A DNA stretch of 49,294 bases, taken from the NCBI GenBank assembly GCA_944332695.1, contig CALVKL010000002.1, positions 1 to 49,294 on the forward strand. The letters are read 5' to 3'. This DNA is from an uncultured Bacilli bacterium. GTDB taxonomy: Bacteria > Bacillota_I > Bacilli_A > RF39 > UBA660. Under the pieces are notes generated by a model, which ran no database searches, was not told where the DNA came from, and saw only the letters and a list, made by a program, of their open reading frames with translations. The translations under genes were made by a program, and so were the position numbers. Below are positions 47,307-49,294 of this stretch, piece by piece. Numbering within the stretch: the first letter of the stretch is position 1; every line of letters starts with the position of its first letter.

Positions 47307-48497
47307 TTATATTATTTCTTCTTTTAAATTAGGATTATTTAATACTTTAACTAAATAATCAATTTCTTCTTTAGTATTATAAAAATATAAGCTAATCCGA
47401 CAGGTGTTTTTAATCCCTAAGTCTTCATTTAATATTTTCGCGCAATGATTACCAGCTCTTATACAAATATTATATTTATTTAAATAGATAGCCAAATCTT
47501 GAGCAAAAATATCTTTAATATTAAAAGTAATAATCCCACTTTGACTTTTTTCATTATAAATAATAATATTATTAACTGTCTTTAACTTAGAAATTGCATA
47601 TTTTTTTAATTTTTGTTCATATTTATTAATTTTATCCATGCCAATATCATTTAAATATTTAATGGCTTCTCCAAAACCAATTACACCAGCAATATTAGGG
47701 GTACCTGCTTCAAATATTGTTGGAATATCGTTATAAATTCTTTTACCATCGAATTGGAAACTAGCATTCATACCCCCACCAAAAATAATCGGTTTCATAT
47801 TATTTAATAATTCTTCTTTACCATAAATAACTCCTACTCCCGTCGGACCTAACATTTTATGAGCTGAAAAAGCTAAAAAATCTATATTCAAGTATTGAAC
47901 ATCTACTTTCATGTGTGCAACACTTTGAGCTCCATCAATTACTACTAAAATACCTTTATTATGAGCATATTCGATAATTTCTTTGATTGGCCTTATATCT
48001 CCTACTACATTAGTAATATGAGCAATACTAATAACTTTAGTTTTATTCGTAATACTTTTTTTAACATTATCTAAAGTTACTTCTAAATTATTTAATGGAA
48101 TATAATTGATTTTTAAATTTAATTCAGCGGCCAGTTCAAACCATGGCAAAACATTAGATGCATGTTCACTTTTAGTAATTAAAATTTCATCATTTTCTTT
48201 TAAATAGTATTTAAAAAAACCAAAAATAATTTTGTTTAATGAATCAGTTGTTCCACTAGTAAAAATAATTTCTTTAGTTTTTTTAGCGTTAATGAAATTT
48301 TTAACTAATTGTCTAGTTTGTTCATATTTTGAATCAACTTTTAAACTTAAATCATAATCCCCGCGATGAGTATTTGCACTATAGTTATTATAATAATCAC
48401 TAATTGCATCACTAATACTTTTAGGTTTTAAAGTAGTAGCTCCATTATCTAAATAAATAATATCTTTATTAAGTAATACAAAATCTTCGCGATTCAT
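47307..48497 (-). CDS. Cysteine desulfurase, SufS/Csd-like
   Basis: YLDNGATT, PLP-Lys context FSAHKMLGPTGVGV and catalytic loop RAGNHCA. 396 aa. Confidence 0.88.
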   Translation of the reverse strand: MNREDFVLLNKDIIYLDNGATTLKPKSISDAISDYYNNYSANTHRGDYDLSLKVDSKYEQTRQLVKNFINAKKTKEIIFTSGTTDSLNKIIFGFFKYYLKENDEILITKSEHASNVLPWFELAAELNLKINYIPLNNLEVTLDNVKKSITNKTKVISIAHITNVVGDIRPIKEIIEYAHNKGILVVIDGAQSVAHMKVDVQYLNIDFLAFSAHKMLGPTGVGVIYGKEELLNNMKPIIFGGGMNASFQFDGKRIYNDIPTIFEAGTPNIAGVIGFGEAIKYLNDIGMDKINKYEQKLKKYAISKLKTVNNIIIYNEKSQSGIITFNIKDIFAQDLAIYLNKYNICIRAGNHCAKILNEDLGIKNTCRISLYFYNTKEEIDYLVKVLNNPNLKEEII

Positions 48498-48581
48498 TTA
48501 TTTACACCTCCCATATTATTTTATTCTTTAATATATTTTTGCCTTATAACGCATGCACTAAAAAATAAATTTATTAACGAT

Positions 48582-48610
48582 ATTATACACTTATTTATTA
48601 TTTTTCACAA
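48582..48610 (-). promoter_or_regulatory. SigmaA promoter for the SufS-like/ApbE operon
   Basis: Minus strand TTGTGA (48605-48610), 17-bp spacer, TATAAT (48582-48587). Confidence 0.5.
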
Positions 48611-48732
48611 ATTTGTATAAAAATTAAAAAAAGAAATCAATATAAAATAGAATATTCGCAGATATTCACAAAAAATCTAGTTAATCTAGATTTTTATTTT
48701 AAAATATTGTATAATATTACAGGTGGTAAAAT

Positions 48733-49092
48733 ATGGATTGTATTTTTTGTAAAATTATTAATGGTGAAATTCCTTCATCAAAAATATATGAAGATGATAT
48801 TATAATTGCCTTTTTAGATATTAACCCTGATAGCTTTGGTCATACTTTAATTATTCCTAAAAAACATTACAAAGATTTAAGTGACATCGATGATAATACA
48901 TTAGCACATATAATGAGTACGGCAAAATTATTAATGCAAAAAATTAAAGATAAGTTAAATTGTGATGGAATAACTTTAATTCAAAACAACGGTGATATTC
49001 AAGAAGTCAAACATTTTCATCTTCATTTAAAACCATTTTATAAGAAAAGTATCAATAAAACAATAAAAGAAGCATATCAATTATTAAAATAA
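48733..49092 (+). CDS. HIT-family (HinT-like) nucleotide hydrolase
   Basis: CIFCKII.GEIPS and the histidine triad HFHLHLKP. 119 aa. Confidence 0.92.
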   Translation: MDCIFCKIINGEIPSSKIYEDDIIIAFLDINPDSFGHTLIIPKKHYKDLSDIDDNTLAHIMSTAKLLMQKIKDKLNCDGITLIQNNGDIQEVKHFHLHLKPFYKKSINKTIKEAYQLLK

Positions 49093-49294
49093 TTATGCTT
49101 CTTTTAATTTTATTTTTACAGCATCTGATACCAAATCATTGTATATTGATTCTATTCCTTCTTTTTTTATTTCTTTATTTGTAGCAATTTTTAAAAAATC
49201 TTCAACTAAAATCTTTATCATATCGTTATTACCAGCTAGCGTATAAATAATATCATTTATAGATTTATTTTCAATTATTTCAATTATTATATCA
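49093..49294 (-). CDS. C-terminal fragment of an unidentified protein (extends beyond the window)
   Basis: My translation is open over the last 67 codons (...DIIIEIIENKSINDIIYTLAGNNDMIKILVEDFLKIATNKEIKKEGIESIYNDLVSDAVKIKLKEA, stop at 49093-49095). I recognise no family. Confidence 0.35.
   Translation of the reverse strand, partial: DIIIEIIENKSINDIIYTLAGNNDMIKILVEDFLKIATNKEIKKEGIESIYNDLVSDAVKIKLKEA

Noticed and set aside
1-49294. Searched for CRISPR arrays, tRNA/rRNA genes, IS elements, integrases, and prophage or defence islands
   Set aside because: I found no regularly spaced direct repeats, no tRNA-like GC-rich cloverleaf segments, and no transposase, integrase or recombinase motifs in any listed ORF. 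Apart from the AbiEii-like gene, the window is core chromosome.

Overview
This is a very AT-rich chromosomal segment from a low-GC, endospore-forming Firmicute (spoIIM, spoIVB and ylbJ are present). It holds about 50 genes, almost all on the minus strand and mostly core housekeeping. These include comEA-comEC, an RNase J paralogue, mnmA, mutS-nusB-xseA-xseB, ylbL/ylbJ, and two pseudopilins with a divergent secretion ATPase. Further along are uppP, queH, a thioredoxin/DsbD-like relay, comEB, two cysteine desulfurases, an ABC-F ATPase and aspS behind an Asp T-box. The window ends with secE-nusG-rplK-rplA-rplJ-rplL-(methyltransferase)-rpoB-rpoC, a two-component system and an ApbE/FMN-binding cluster. 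I saw no rRNA, tRNA, CRISPR array, transposase or integrase.

The stand-out is the 770-bp ORF-free, GC-enriched gap between xseB and a 179-aa four-TM protein. On the minus strand it has its own consensus promoter and a terminator, giving a discrete transcript of about 620 nt. Its size, orientation, partner gene and nusB-xseA-xseB...spoIVB neighbourhood match the OLE RNA / OapA membrane ribonucleoprotein, here in a stripped-down locus lacking folD, ispA and dxs.

Other items worth a second look:
- an RNase J paralogue missing four metal-ligand residues
- an orphan AbiEii-type nucleotidyltransferase toxin with no AbiEi partner
- an esterase / HxxxD-acyltransferase / zinc-ribbon membrane-protein operon of unknown function
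- a fragmentary pseudopilus locus whose ATPase carries a long N/Q/S/P-rich tail
- two small hydrophobic ORFs, each with its own promoter and terminator
- duplicated L1-binding rRNA mimics before both rplK and rplA, separated by an unusually long structured spacer
- an ApbE cluster whose FMN-binding lipoprotein has SRCT in place of the usual SGAT flavinylation motif

All protein calls rest on motif recognition from memory. No searches or folding computations were run.
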